Source of the DNA: Nitrospirales bacterium
GTDB taxonomy: Bacteria > Nitrospirota > Nitrospiria > Nitrospirales > UBA8639
Reading direction: 5' to 3'
Assembly: GCA_963555755.3 (NCBI GenBank)
Contig: OY820905.2
Coordinates: 64,001 to 128,000, forward strand
DNA: 64,000 bases
Position numbers and translations under genes: made by a program. Below the pieces are notes generated by a model that was not told the origin of the DNA, did not search any database, and was given only the letters and a program-made list of their open reading frames with translations. Within the stretch, counting starts at the first letter, position 1. Every line of letters starts with the position of its first letter. Positions 10,481-21,143 of this stretch are shown in pieces.

Positions 10481-10652
10481 AGGAATTTTAAAGGGCCTGT
10501 TTGGCTTGACGGAACAGTATCCCAGAAGTCGCCGGTGGGGTCAATCGCCCAATCAGGGGCTCACGATGAGTATCGGTAGCGTTATCCACGATCAGGGGAG
10601 GGAACCGAATCGTGAAGACGAGGAGGCTTACCCCATGGTGATTTCCCCTTCG
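10481..10652. repeat. 172-bp direct repeat, copy 2; its left edge forms the empty IS1111 target GGGAAT-AG-GAATTTT
   Basis: Direct comparison with 8010-8181 and the IS flanks. Confidence 0.9.
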
Positions 10653-10801
10653 GCAACAACCCTATGGCGCGAAATTCAATCTGGTGATTGCTATGTGATT
10701 GCTAGCAAGAAACAGGAAGTTTGCAGAACGGATAAAACACGTATGAATAGTGGATGTTTGAGAAGTATTCAAACATGGAATGTCAGTAAGGGAAACAGAC
10801 T

Positions 10802-11119
10802 TTATTTCAGATTACGCTCCTTTCCGCACTTCCAGCAGGACGTGAAATCTTTTTCGTGGGACTCGCCACAGGAAGAGCATGTCCAAGCAGTAGTTTCAGC
10901 CGGTTGTGCCTCCCGCCAGTGCTCCAGGAATTCTTGGCCTTTTGAAAAATCGTCGTTGTTGACCACCCACAGTTCAGGAAAGACTTCGGCGAAGGGGACT
11001 TCTCCTGCAAGGGACGACCCTTGCTGATTTTTGATGGTGCAGAGAATGCCTTCTTGCTCAAGCACCTCCTTGAGCGATTCGACTTCGACTAACATCGAGG
11101 ATACGAAAAGTTTTTGCAT
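10802..11119 (-). CDS. DUF2007 family protein with zinc ribbon, copy 2
   Basis: Same protein as 4589-4906 except the last few residues. Confidence 0.8.
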   Translation of the reverse strand: MQKLFVSSMLVEVESLKEVLEQEGILCTIKNQQGSSLAGEVPFAEVFPELWVVNNDDFSKGQEFLEHWREAQPAETTAWTCSSCGESHEKDFTSCWKCGKERNLK

Positions 11120-12589
11120 GGTGTAATGCCTTCCTCTTTGAGGAGGAATCATCCTAGAAACGGCAGTTGGGCGCAAAACGGCCGTGTAAGATATTGGTGT
11201 GCATGGTGCAATACAAAAAGTCGTGGTCACCTTAGGGTTCGCGCAAGAATACCTTCCCCGGTTTGGGCGTCGATCCATCCCGCCTGGCGGCGTTGCTCGT
11301 CCTTTCCATACGAGGAGTATGCGCAGTCCTCGCGCCTTGCCAGACAGGTGTCTCAGCACCCAAACCGGGGAAGGTATTCTTGCGCGAACCCTCCGTGGTG
11401 ATGAGACATTTTTGTATTGTGCGAGGAGCCTGTCCGAGATTAGCGATCGTGACGAGGGGGGGCTGGTTTGAGTCAGATGTTTCGATCGTTTGAGGCGAAT
11501 AGTGGTGACTATTTAACGAAAAGGATCGAAAGATCTGGCCAAATCCAGCGCACCCGCAGTAGATCGGTCTAATCTTGGACAGGCTCCTTGGTGCGCTCAG
11601 GGTCCGTCACGAAATAACCGGGACAATTGGGAGGCCCAGATTTGTGATTGGGGCAAGGCGCGACGAGGGAGCCTAGCGGGGCTCTGTGACCGAGGAGCAA
11701 CGCTGCCCCGGGCCAAAGATGGGCCTCCCCGGAGGGCCGGACGCTTTTGGGCTCCGCCAGCGTCGCTCATCGCTTCCATACTCCCGGTATGCGCGCTCTT
11801 CGCTCCTTGGCTCGCTCCAAAATCGTCTCGGCCAATTGTCCCGGTTATTTCGTGACGGACCCTAAGGACCTGTGAGAAAATAACTTGATCAATATCGCGC
11901 CAAGATTTGGGTCTGATTTGGACGGAACGATTGAGAAACACTCGAGGCATAGCACAGCTATGGTGAGGGTTTTTCGATTGAGGCCCGTTCAAAGATGGCC
12001 CGAAGATTGGATGCGAGATTGTTCAAGTTATTTTCTCGCAGGTCCTAAGCGCTTGCACGGACTTTTGTGATCCAACTGCCGTTTCTAGGATCATACGTGA
12101 GGGAAGGCTTAAATGAAATAGGTGGAGGGTATGAGTCCTCGTACTTTGCCCTTCGACCTTTCGACAAGCTCAGGGCTCAGGGCGAACGGGGGAGGTCAAT
12201 CGATTGATGACACGCTACATGAGGAGAGAATCATACGCGAATCGGGTCGGTTTTTTTAAAGGGGGTGGAAAGGGAAAGACGGATCATGCAGAATGTAGGG
12301 TTCTGGCAGCACAATACGATCAGGTGCACATAAAGTTATGGCACTCCTCGTGGGGTATGTCGCCTCTCCTTTTGAGCGAATGGCGTCGTCTTGTATTTTT
12401 AGGTCGCTGCAGCATCTCATGCTGCCTCTTCCTGGCGTCATAGCCCCTTGGTCCGTGGGAAGAGGGCACGATACGATCGTGCAGCGACACAAGCAAGAAA
12501 GCTCACAGGAAGCAACGCCATGGCCAAGAAACTCCATGTGGCCAGAATTGGATGGCGGCAGGATAGAACCATATATTCTGTATGATCCG
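10818..12589. repeat. 1.78-kb direct repeat, copy 2, including the nested MITE block 11153-12089
   Basis: Direct comparison. Confidence 0.95.
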
Positions 12590-12656
12590 GAAAGACAGTA
12601 GGCTGAACAGGCCAGACAATATATTGATGGCTTCGAGCGGTTGTCCGAGGCTTTTC

Positions 12657-12935
12657 TCAGGCCATGGACTCTTCGGGTTCGTTGGGTTGTTCGTTTTCGC
12701 TTTCCGGATCAATGCCGGTGCGATACATGATTTCAAGTCGGCGGGTTTCTTCATTGCGACGAACGCGTTCATCCACACAGAGATTCACAATGGCATTCCA
12801 GAACGCGGCTTCGGCCATGCAGCTTTGTTCGAGACGCTGATCCCGAAAATTTCCCGCGAAACAGGTGTAATCCTTCAGCTCACCGTCGGTAAAGTCCCGG
12901 ATGTATTGTGAAAGATCGGTCGTTGTCTGACTCAT
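12657..12935 (-). CDS. Hypothetical protein
   Basis: MSQTTTDLSQYIRDF..., AAGGAG upstream, protein-like composition. Confidence 0.6.
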   Translation of the reverse strand: MSQTTTDLSQYIRDFTDGELKDYTCFAGNFRDQRLEQSCMAEAAFWNAIVNLCVDERVRRNEETRRLEIMYRTGIDPESENEQPNEPEESMA

Positions 12936-13060
12936 GCGATCGGGCTTCTCCTTGTGAACATTGTCCGTCGTGAGGGCTATATCGGACGAATCCCTATTGG
13001 ATCTTAACCCCCTCATAAGGGGTATAAATCTGATGCAGAAGGAGAAGTTCGGCGAGGCAA

Positions 13061-13552
13061 TTAGTTGGTGAGATGGATAAATTCGTGCGAAATGTGAGGG
13101 CCTTCGATCTTCACCCGTGCGACCGTAATGGGTAAGGTAAATCGTCGTGGTCCCGCACTGCCTGGATTCAGAAAAAGTATGCCATTATGTTCAGTTGCTG
13201 TCGGTTTGTGGGAGTGCCCAGAAATGATGAACGTGAAGGGTGAATGAATCGGATCCAGGTCCAATTGTGTCACGTCATGAATCACGAGGATCTGATGGCT
13301 TCCGATGGTGGTAGATTGTGTGTGTGGTATCGAGGCTGCCCATGGGCCTAAGTCATTATTGCCCTTCACGGCGATGACCGGTGCCAGAGCCTCAAGTGCG
13401 GTTAAGACTTCCGGCTTGCCAATATCGCCTGCGTGAATGATGAGATGGGAACCTTGTAAGGCGGTCAGCGCCTCGGGACGCAGCAGGCCATGCGTATCGG
13501 AAATGATCCCAACCGTGGTCATTGAGTTCGGTTGTTGGTCATGGGGACTCAT
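13061..13552 (-). CDS. YfcE-like metallophosphoesterase
   Basis: SDTHG, HAGD, GNND, GHSH and NPGS motifs. Confidence 0.9.
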   Translation of the reverse strand: MSPHDQQPNSMTTVGIISDTHGLLRPEALTALQGSHLIIHAGDIGKPEVLTALEALAPVIAVKGNNDLGPWAASIPHTQSTTIGSHQILVIHDVTQLDLDPIHSPFTFIISGHSHKPTATEHNGILFLNPGSAGPRRFTLPITVARVKIEGPHISHEFIHLTN

Positions 13553-13570
13553 GGAAATTGGCTAAAAACT

Positions 13571-13870
13571 TCACGAATAAAAAATCAGCGCGAGCCCGGT
13601 GAGGGCGAAGCAAAGCGCCAGAATGCTGATGATGAGTGTTCGTCGAAGAATCAGGTGGAGAGTCACGACCTGTTTGGTGAGGTTGTCGATCAGTTCAAGT
13701 TGTTGCGCAATTTTGCGGTCGAATTCTGTAAATCGTTCTTCCAGCGTTTTTTCTCGGGATTGAACGCCTTCCTGTTGTTGTTTGAGATTGGAAATGGTCG
13801 AGATGATATCTGGGATGCTGGGTGCGACCAGTTTGAATAGGAATTTGGCAATGGGCCAGGCAATAGGCAT
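13571..13870 (-). CDS. Hypothetical coiled-coil protein with C-terminal TM helix
   Basis: Composition; co-oriented with neighbours. Confidence 0.6.
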   Translation of the reverse strand: MPIAWPIAKFLFKLVAPSIPDIISTISNLKQQQEGVQSREKTLEERFTEFDRKIAQQLELIDNLTKQVVTLHLILRRTLIISILALCFALTGLALIFYS

Positions 13871-13919
13871 GCCCGATCTTAGCGTGACCAGCAGGAAAAG
13901 AGAAGAGCCTTCTTTCTAC

Positions 13920-14244
13920 CCTAGAAACGGCAGCTGGATCACAAAAGTCCCCGCAAGCTCTTGGGGTCCGTCACGAAATAACCGGGACAATTGGGAAGCC
14001 CATCTTTGGCCCGGGGCAGCGTTGCTCCTCGGTCACATAGCCCCGCTAGGCTCCCTCGTCGCGCCTTGCCCCGATCACAAATCTGGGCCTCCCAATTGTC
14101 CCGGTTATTTCGTGACGGACCCTTAGCGCACCTGGCACAATAAAAAACTGTCTCATCACCACCGAGGTGACCACGACTTTTTGTATCGCACCATGCACAC
14201 CAATATCTTACACGGCTGTTTTGCGCCCAATTGCCGTTTCTAGG
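13920..14244. mobile_element. MITE of the CCTAGAAACGG family (inverted orientation) with one nested MITE at 13963-14123
   Basis: TIRs; homology to 4940-5875 and 56884-57046. Confidence 0.85.
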
Positions 14245-15520
14245 TTATGAGGTTTGGCCAATTTTTCCTGACAAAATCACGTTCCTCAGAATCGGTGTTG
14301 ACTTCTCCGTTCAGGCGAGCGTCCAATAGTTTTTCAAGAATGTTTCGAAATTGCGGGCCGGGTTTAAAGCCCATGGCTTTGAGATCCGTTCCATTGAGGA
14401 GAGGGTGAATGCGTTGGTATGTGGTGAGAAATGCGGATATCTGCCGTTTGACAGATTCTGATTGGGATTTAGCCATCAAAAATATGAGCGCTTCATCCGG
14501 AAGGTCACAGAGCATGCGGTAAATCTGAGCAGGTTTTGGGGCTGGACGCTTGCCGAGTTGGCGAAGCAGCAGGGTAGAGCCGCGGCCTACCCATTGCAAT
14601 TTCTTGGCCTGGTGTCGGGGAAATGGTAACCGACGGAGCGTGTCACGGACAGCCTGTGTCGGTAACACATTCATCAGCGCCATCCAGTACACGACCCAGG
14701 AATCCATGGGTTGATCGAGATTCAACAGGGTATACCTTTCCAAGGACCTTGAAACGGCTTTGAGAACGTGAGTCAATTCAGACGACCCTTTTAATTGTGG
14801 ATGGATGAACTTTAAGAGATCGAACTTTGCCATTCGAGCCAGCAATTGCCGCGGTTCTTTTTCAGAGAGAAGGGCCACAAATTCTTTGAACAGCCGTGTT
14901 TTGGAGAGGCGATGAATGAGTCCATTTTTCACAACATTGTTGAGTAAAGAGGTCGTTTCCTTTTCCAGGCGAAAACCTAAGCGCTGTTCGAACCGTATGG
15001 CCCGAAACACTCGAGTGGGATCTTCGACAAAACTTCTGTTATGGAGCACTCGAATAGTTTTGGTGTTGAGATCCTGTTGCCCGCCGTAAAGATCGACTAA
15101 TTCCCCAAAGTGTCTGGTGGTGAGCCGAATGGCTAACGTATTGATTGTAAAGTCGCGTCGAGACAAATCCTCATTCACGGAACTTGGTTCAATTGTAGGG
15201 AGAGCGGTGGGATATTTGTAAGACTCTGTCCGGGCCGTGGCAATATCGAGCTTCAATCCATCGGCACATGTAACTGTGGCCGTCCCGAAGCGTTCATGAA
15301 CCTTCACGCGGGCGTGATGCCTACGAGCGAATGCTCGTGCAAAGGCGATCCCATTGCCTTCCACCACGATGTCCAGGTCGAGGTTTGGTATTCCGAGGAG
15401 CAAATCTCGAACGAAACCACCCACAGCATACGTGCCAACGTGCCGGCGTTTCGCAAGGTCCCCGACGTTCTGTAAAAGAGAGACCATGTCGGAAGGAAGG
15501 TGAGTCGTGATAAGATCCAT
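14240..15520 (-). CDS. tRNA nucleotidyltransferase / poly(A) polymerase family (CCA class II)
   Basis: VGGFVRD, DLDIV, RRDFTIN and EDPTR..RAIRF motifs. Confidence 0.9.
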   Translation of the reverse strand: MDLITTHLPSDMVSLLQNVGDLAKRRHVGTYAVGGFVRDLLLGIPNLDLDIVVEGNGIAFARAFARRHHARVKVHERFGTATVTCADGLKLDIATARTESYKYPTALPTIEPSSVNEDLSRRDFTINTLAIRLTTRHFGELVDLYGGQQDLNTKTIRVLHNRSFVEDPTRVFRAIRFEQRLGFRLEKETTSLLNNVVKNGLIHRLSKTRLFKEFVALLSEKEPRQLLARMAKFDLLKFIHPQLKGSSELTHVLKAVSRSLERYTLLNLDQPMDSWVVYWMALMNVLPTQAVRDTLRRLPFPRHQAKKLQWVGRGSTLLLRQLGKRPAPKPAQIYRMLCDLPDEALIFLMAKSQSESVKRQISAFLTTYQRIHPLLNGTDLKAMGFKPGPQFRNILEKLLDARLNGEVNTDSEERDFVRKNWPNLIT

Positions 15521-15635
15521 TGAGCAATTCTAACAGGATGGGCAAAACTTGTCCTGACCCTTTTATGTGACTCAGGATGAGACCTCGCCAAAGGAAGGCG
15601 AACAACAAGCGACTAGCAACGGTCCCTAAGGTCCC

Positions 15636-17144
15636 ATGGTGAATTTTTCTACCTCTAAACTTTCTCTCTTGTGTGGAATGGTGTTGATTGCTCTGGGAGG
15701 GTTTGTGTTGTTTGCGTGGACGACAAACAACATTGCGTTAATTCAAATTCGCCCAACCCTCGTTCCAATGTCAATCAATGCGGCTCTGGGGTTTGTCTTC
15801 AGTGGGCTCGGCCTGATTTTGTTAAATGCACTCAGGGCACGAGAAGCGAAGGTTGTGGGTGTGCTGACGCTCATACTCAGTGGATTGGCCTTGGCGACGT
15901 TCATTGTGCCGTGGGAATTGTTCGGTGGCTCTATCTTCATGGCACCCAATACGACATTGTGTTTTTTGCTCGTGGGAATCGCCTTTCTTGCCGTAACCAA
16001 TAGCCGACTCTCTTCCAACGGTACGTTGATTTCTGGTGTATTGGGAGCCTTCATTTTTGCTTTTGGCTCCGTTGCATTATTTGCTCACTTGATTGATCTG
16101 AGTCCGACTCAAGGGTGGGGGCGGATTATCAGGATGGCAGTGCATGAACCCGGAGGATTTGGAATATTGGCCATAGGATTGATCGCTTTTTCCTGGCAAA
16201 ACGATAAACAGAAAGTGATCGGTTCTCCACAATGGCTGCCCGTTCTGGTGGGTGTTGGGGTGATGACAATCTCGCTGGGGTTGTGGATACATTTGGATGT
16301 CCAAAAACAATCATTTATTGCAACCGCGGTCCTCATGTTTGGATTCTTGATGGCATCGCTCCTGTCGGTCGCTGTCTATTTTATGCAAAGAGAGCATCGG
16401 TTGCTTGTGCAACTCCATCTTTCCCATCAAGGCTTGGAAAAAGAAATTAATGAGCGTAACCAGGTAGAAGACCATTTACGAATTTCTCGTGGAGAATTGC
16501 GCGGCTTGAGTCATCGCCTGCAGTCCATCCGGGAAGAGGAGAAAACCAAAATCGCTCGAGAGGTCCATGATGAGTTAGGCCAAGTCTTAACCGCATTGAA
16601 AATGGATCTGTCGTGTTTGGAAGACGAGAGTTCTCGCGATTCGAAAACCTTTCGTGAAAAAATTCTATCGATGGGTGACCTTATTGATCAAACCGTTCAC
16701 ACGGTCCAAAGGATCTGCTTGGAATTACGCCCCAAGATTTTGGATATATTTGGGCTGGCTGAGGCTATCGAGTGGCAAACCAAGGAATTTCAGCAGCGTA
16801 CGGGAATCCCCTGTGACTTAGTCATGGAGAATGGAACGGTGGAGTTAGATTCGGAACGGGCCATCACCTGCTTTCGGGTGTTGCAAGAAGCCTTAACCAA
16901 TGTGGCTCGACATGCCAAAGCCACTCATGTGCACGTTCGCATTGTCAAAAACAATGGTTTTGTGTTGCTGGAAGTGAATGATAACGGCCAAGGTATCGAG
17001 GACCATAAAATTTTCAATTCCCATTCCTTAGGATTAATCGGGATCCGTGAACGGGTTCTGGCCTTAGGTGGGGAAGTCAGCATCAAAGGGATAGCCGGTG
17101 AAGGGACACGGGTTTCTATTACAATTCCATATCCGCTATCCTAA
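15636..17144 (+). CDS. Membrane sensor histidine kinase (HisKA_3)
   Basis: Multiple TM helices; IAREVHDELGQ, EALTNVARH, DNGQG and GLIGIRER motifs. Confidence 0.92.
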   Translation: MVNFSTSKLSLLCGMVLIALGGFVLFAWTTNNIALIQIRPTLVPMSINAALGFVFSGLGLILLNALRAREAKVVGVLTLILSGLALATFIVPWELFGGSIFMAPNTTLCFLLVGIAFLAVTNSRLSSNGTLISGVLGAFIFAFGSVALFAHLIDLSPTQGWGRIIRMAVHEPGGFGILAIGLIAFSWQNDKQKVIGSPQWLPVLVGVGVMTISLGLWIHLDVQKQSFIATAVLMFGFLMASLLSVAVYFMQREHRLLVQLHLSHQGLEKEINERNQVEDHLRISRGELRGLSHRLQSIREEEKTKIAREVHDELGQVLTALKMDLSCLEDESSRDSKTFREKILSMGDLIDQTVHTVQRICLELRPKILDIFGLAEAIEWQTKEFQQRTGIPCDLVMENGTVELDSERAITCFRVLQEALTNVARHAKATHVHVRIVKNNGFVLLEVNDNGQGIEDHKIFNSHSLGLIGIRERVLALGGEVSIKGIAGEGTRVSITIPYPLS

Positions 17145-17197
17145 AAAGAAGAGCCAACAATTATATTGGGCCAGGATGATAATAGGGAGGAGTCACA

Positions 17198-17692
17198 ATG
17201 TTACAAGGTCCATCTTTTCCTCATCGACCGTTCAGCCTATGTTGCCTCTCCTTTATGCTGTTCTTGGGGGGATGGGGTGGAGGATTGACGCACCCGTATC
17301 TGGTTCAAGCCGCTGAACAGCAATCGTTGTATGAGCGTCTTGGTGGGTATGATACGATTTCCGAAATCATTGATGAGTTTTTGAAAAAGATGTTTGCCGA
17401 CCCTCAGGTGGGGCGGTATTTCGTTGGAATGGGTACTGACACGAGGAGGCAATTAAGCCAAAAGAATAAGCTGTTGATGTGCAAGAATACTGGCGGACCG
17501 TGTAAAATTATCAACCGGGATATGAAACTGGCGCATGGTGGTTTAGGCATCACCGACAGTGATTGGCACGTCGCGGTCACACATTTGGCCACTACATTCA
17601 AAACCGTCAATGTGGGGGAACAGGAGCAAAAGGAGCTGCTTCAGCTGATAACCAGCCTGAAGGAATATATTGTGGAACACCCTGGGCCGTAA
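17198..17692 (+). CDS. Group 1 truncated haemoglobin with putative signal peptide
   Basis: SLYERLGG, TGGP, proximal His in AHGGLGI; hydrophobic N-terminal leader. Confidence 0.88.
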   Translation: MLQGPSFPHRPFSLCCLSFMLFLGGWGGGLTHPYLVQAAEQQSLYERLGGYDTISEIIDEFLKKMFADPQVGRYFVGMGTDTRRQLSQKNKLLMCKNTGGPCKIINRDMKLAHGGLGITDSDWHVAVTHLATTFKTVNVGEQEQKELLQLITSLKEYIVEHPGP

Positions 17693-17767
17693 GTGTTCTT
17701 TTTGGTATACCGGAAATCCTTTCCAACGTGACTGGCATTGGGAAAATCAGATAACAGGTGTCTATTT

Positions 17768-17926
17768 AGGGCTCGCGCAAAAATAACTTCCCCTGTTTTG
17801 GCGTCGATCCATCCTGTCTGGCGGAGTTGCTCGTCCTTTCCATACGAGGAATATGCGCAGTTCTCGCGCCTTGCCAGACAGGCGTCTCAGCACCCAAATA
17901 GGGGAAGTTATTCTTGCGCGAACCCT
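17768..17926. mobile_element. Stand-alone MITE, same family as nested element 5020-5178
   Basis: TIR AGGG(C/T)TCGCGCAA; internal homology. Confidence 0.8.
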
Positions 17927-17946
17927 AAGGTATCCGACGAGGGATC

Positions 17947-18597
17947 ATGAGCGAAATCATCGGTAACATACGAGTCTTGATCGCGGATGACCATGCAGTC
18001 GTTCGTCAAGGTCTCAAACACATCCTCTCCAAAACCGATGATCTCCTGGTGGTCGATGAGGCAGAAACTGGCCTGGAAGTCCTTGAGAAAATCCGAACTG
18101 TGGATGTTGATGTCCTGGTAATGGATGTGGAAATGCCCCAGAAAAACGGGTGGGAGGTGTTGTCTGAATTAAAAATCCACTACCCCCAATTGCCCGTCAT
18201 TATTTTAAGCATTTACTCCGAAGATCAATTTGGGCTCCGTTTTTTAAAGGCTGGGGCCTCAGGATATTTAACAAAGACCAGTGCACCAGACCAATTAGTC
18301 AAAGCGATACGCCGGGCGGCCCAGGGTGGAAAATTTATCAGCCCGAGTCTGGCGGAACGCTTGGTGCTGGATTTGGGAAAAGACTCAGAGGGTCCCCTGC
18401 ATGATTCCCTTTCAGATCGAGAGTTTCAGGTGTTTCATATGATCGCCGTGGGCAAACCCTTAAAAGAGATTGCCGATGAATTGTCGATCAGCACCACGAC
18501 CGTCAGTACACATCGCGCCCGCATCCTGGTGAAGATGAACATGAAAACGAACGCCGACTTAATCCTCTATGCCAGCCACAATGGGTTGCTGAGTTAA
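17947..18597 (+). CDS. NarL/LuxR family response regulator
   Basis: IADDH, DVEMP receiver; LSDRE..V..G..KEIA HTH. Confidence 0.93.
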   Translation: MSEIIGNIRVLIADDHAVVRQGLKHILSKTDDLLVVDEAETGLEVLEKIRTVDVDVLVMDVEMPQKNGWEVLSELKIHYPQLPVIILSIYSEDQFGLRFLKAGASGYLTKTSAPDQLVKAIRRAAQGGKFISPSLAERLVLDLGKDSEGPLHDSLSDREFQVFHMIAVGKPLKEIADELSISTTTVSTHRARILVKMNMKTNADLILYASHNGLLS

Positions 18598-18827
18598 AGA
18601 AATCCAGAAAACACACCCTGGCTTCCTCAAGTCAAATTCCTAACGCCATCCCTTCCTTCCCCCCATTTACGTTGTCGTAATAATTCGACAAGAAAAATCG
18701 ATTAACGACGACCTGAATATTCATAATTATGACGATGTGGCCGCCTATATTTTTCTTCTATAGTACGCGCCAAATTAACGGAATTATAAGAAGGTTGAAT
18801 AGTCAATTTCATTCAAAGGAGGACGTT

Positions 18828-19331
18828 ATGATGACGCACTGGAAGTCGATTGTTCTTATAGTTGGAGTCTTAGGAGCCTGGGCCTGCACGGGGGTAACAT
18901 CTCCCGTAGCCGTGGCTGATACTTCTCTGGAGGAAATGCAGGACCAATATGGCCCGGTGTTGAAATTAGAAGGGAAGGCACGCAAGGAGATTAATGCCAT
19001 TGCGAACATTATTGGACCGGGTTCAAAGATGGTTCCTATCGATGCCACAAAGGCAAGTGGGGAAATGTGTATGTTGGAAACGGTGACCAAACACAATATG
19101 ATTCACTTTTCCCAGACTCCCGAACAAACCCATGAGGATGTTGTCTATTTCATCAATCCTGCCACCTTTGTTGCCAATGGCCTGGACGTCGCAAAACTAC
19201 CCCGCCATCCCCATGAACTGGGAAAAATGAAGCCGCTGCAATGGTACTACTATGATGGGACGTATGTGGAACCGCATCAAGGATCACAACTGAACAAGGA
19301 ATTTGTGATTATGAGCATTGATGTAAAATAA
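18828..19331 (+). CDS. Hypothetical exported protein, His/Met-rich
   Basis: AAGGAGG RBS, signal peptide-like leader. Confidence 0.7.
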   Translation: MMTHWKSIVLIVGVLGAWACTGVTSPVAVADTSLEEMQDQYGPVLKLEGKARKEINAIANIIGPGSKMVPIDATKASGEMCMLETVTKHNMIHFSQTPEQTHEDVVYFINPATFVANGLDVAKLPRHPHELGKMKPLQWYYYDGTYVEPHQGSQLNKEFVIMSIDVK

Positions 19332-19413
19332 CCAAGATTAAATATTGAAGAGCTGCGCGCGTCATGCTCTCCCTGGTCTAGGGCAAAGTGGTTTGGTATT
19401 GGGGGTTGAGGCC

Positions 19414-19821
19414 GTGAAAAATCGAATCATACTATCGTGTCTCTCTTTCTTGTTAGGACTGATTGTTTTCGTTTCTGAAGCGGCCACTGCTCCACCTCTC
19501 ATGCTCGAACCTGAGGAGAGCCTGCGTATTGATGAAATTTATGATCTTGAATCACAACTCTTTTTATCCCTCTATTCGTTAAAAGGTAACGGGGAAATGG
19601 ATTATGTGACTGGCCGAACAGTGGTCAAACACGTGCGCAGTACATACGGCAATCCAGTGTATTACTACCGCGCGCACCCGCTATTCTATTGGTGGAATCA
19701 CACAATGTGGACCGATCCAGCCCTGGATGGGGTGAATGGCAATGAACGGGTTTATCAAGAAGACGTGGATTTTGATGTCAGCCGATATAAACCGTGTGTG
19801 TTTAACGGCCAAAAGTGTTAG
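19414..19821 (+). CDS. Hypothetical exported protein
   Basis: Signal peptide-like leader, C-terminal C-x5-C; start uncertain. Confidence 0.65.
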   Translation: MKNRIILSCLSFLLGLIVFVSEAATAPPLMLEPEESLRIDEIYDLESQLFLSLYSLKGNGEMDYVTGRTVVKHVRSTYGNPVYYYRAHPLFYWWNHTMWTDPALDGVNGNERVYQEDVDFDVSRYKPCVFNGQKC

Positions 19822-20131
19822 AGAATTGGCCAAACACGAAGGAGTGATTTGATGATGAAACGGCAATGTGTTGTAGGAGTGCTCATATTTGCGTTATTTA
19901 TGATGCTGAGTCCGTTCTCGGGCATTTCGCAGAGTTTTGCTGAGAATGGAGAAAATGGAAGTTTGGAAAGACAGAAGACGCTCTATGAACGTCTCGGTGG
20001 CTACGATGCCATTTCCGCAGTGGTGGATGAATTTCTTCAGAGAGTCTGGGATGACCCAACAGTCGGTCGATTTTTTGTTGGAATGGGTACCGATACTCGG
20101 AATCAATTACGGCAAAAAAATAAAAATCTCT

Positions 20132-21143
20132 TATGCCTTCCCATTTGACTAAGGTTAGTCCCTAGACTAGTCTGCTGGACTATGGACACAGGGTATGCTG
20201 CTGATATCTTGGATTTTTCTGTTAGGTTCCACACCGAAGAAGCGTGCTTCGAGTACTTGCGGGCGATTCGGTGGCCAGACGGGTTTATGTGTCCAGCTTG
20301 CGGTCATCGCGGTGGTTGGTGGCTCAAAAAATATTTCCGGTTTGAGTGTTCGTCGTGTCATAGACAGACATCACCGCTAAGCGGCACAGTGATGCATAGA
20401 TCGCACTTGCCGCTACGGCTTTGGTTTTGGGCTGCCTATTTCGTCTCCACGCACACACCTGGCATCAGTGCTGTGCAATTGCAGCGTCAACTCAGTATCA
20501 AGAAGGTGGATAGCGCCTGGTATTTGCTCCACAGATTGCGACGAGGAATGGTACGACAGAACCGTGAACGGCTCGCAGGAACAGTTGAAGCCGATGAAAC
20601 CCATATCGGTGGACCGGTAAAAGGCAAAACGGGCCGTGGCGTCGCGAAAGCGAAAACCAAGACGTTAATAGCCGGAGCCGTAGAAATTGTCACGTACACA
20701 CAAGGGGATCACTTTCGAGAGAAAGCAGGGCGTTTACGATTAGCGATTCTTCAAGACGCTGGAGAGAACGAGATCAAAGCATTCCTCAATAGCCATGTCG
20801 CTGAGGGCAGTAAGATCAAGTCCGATGGTTGGAAGGGATACTCGGCAAAAGCCTTGGCAGGATACGAACACCTGAGACGGACCCAGGGTGACCCAGCAAG
20901 TGCTGGGAAGCACGCTCCACACATCCATAGAGCGTTCGGCAATCTGCAGACCTGGCTGAACGGGATTCACCATGGAGTGGATTCAAAATACCTGCAACAC
21001 TATCTTGATGAGTTTGTCTTTCGCTATAACCGCCGTGAGACTCCAATGAGTACCTTCCAGAGTTTGTTGAAAATCCTGACCAGCAGCTCAAAACCCTTGG
21101 GATTCAATAAACTGAAGCAACCTTAGTTAAATGGGAAGGCATA
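20132..21143 (+). mobile_element. IS1595-family element
   Basis: 23-bp TIR TATGCCTTCCCATTT(G/A)ACTAAGG, 8-bp DR AAATCTCT. Confidence 0.9.
20182..21126 (+). CDS. IS1595 family transposase
   Basis: CPAC..CSSC zinc ribbon; VEADET, SDGW and YLDEFVFRYNRR motifs. Confidence 0.93.
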   Translation: MDTGYAADILDFSVRFHTEEACFEYLRAIRWPDGFMCPACGHRGGWWLKKYFRFECSSCHRQTSPLSGTVMHRSHLPLRLWFWAAYFVSTHTPGISAVQLQRQLSIKKVDSAWYLLHRLRRGMVRQNRERLAGTVEADETHIGGPVKGKTGRGVAKAKTKTLIAGAVEIVTYTQGDHFREKAGRLRLAILQDAGENEIKAFLNSHVAEGSKIKSDGWKGYSAKALAGYEHLRRTQGDPASAGKHAPHIHRAFGNLQTWLNGIHHGVDSKYLQHYLDEFVFRYNRRETPMSTFQSLLKILTSSSKPLGFNKLKQP

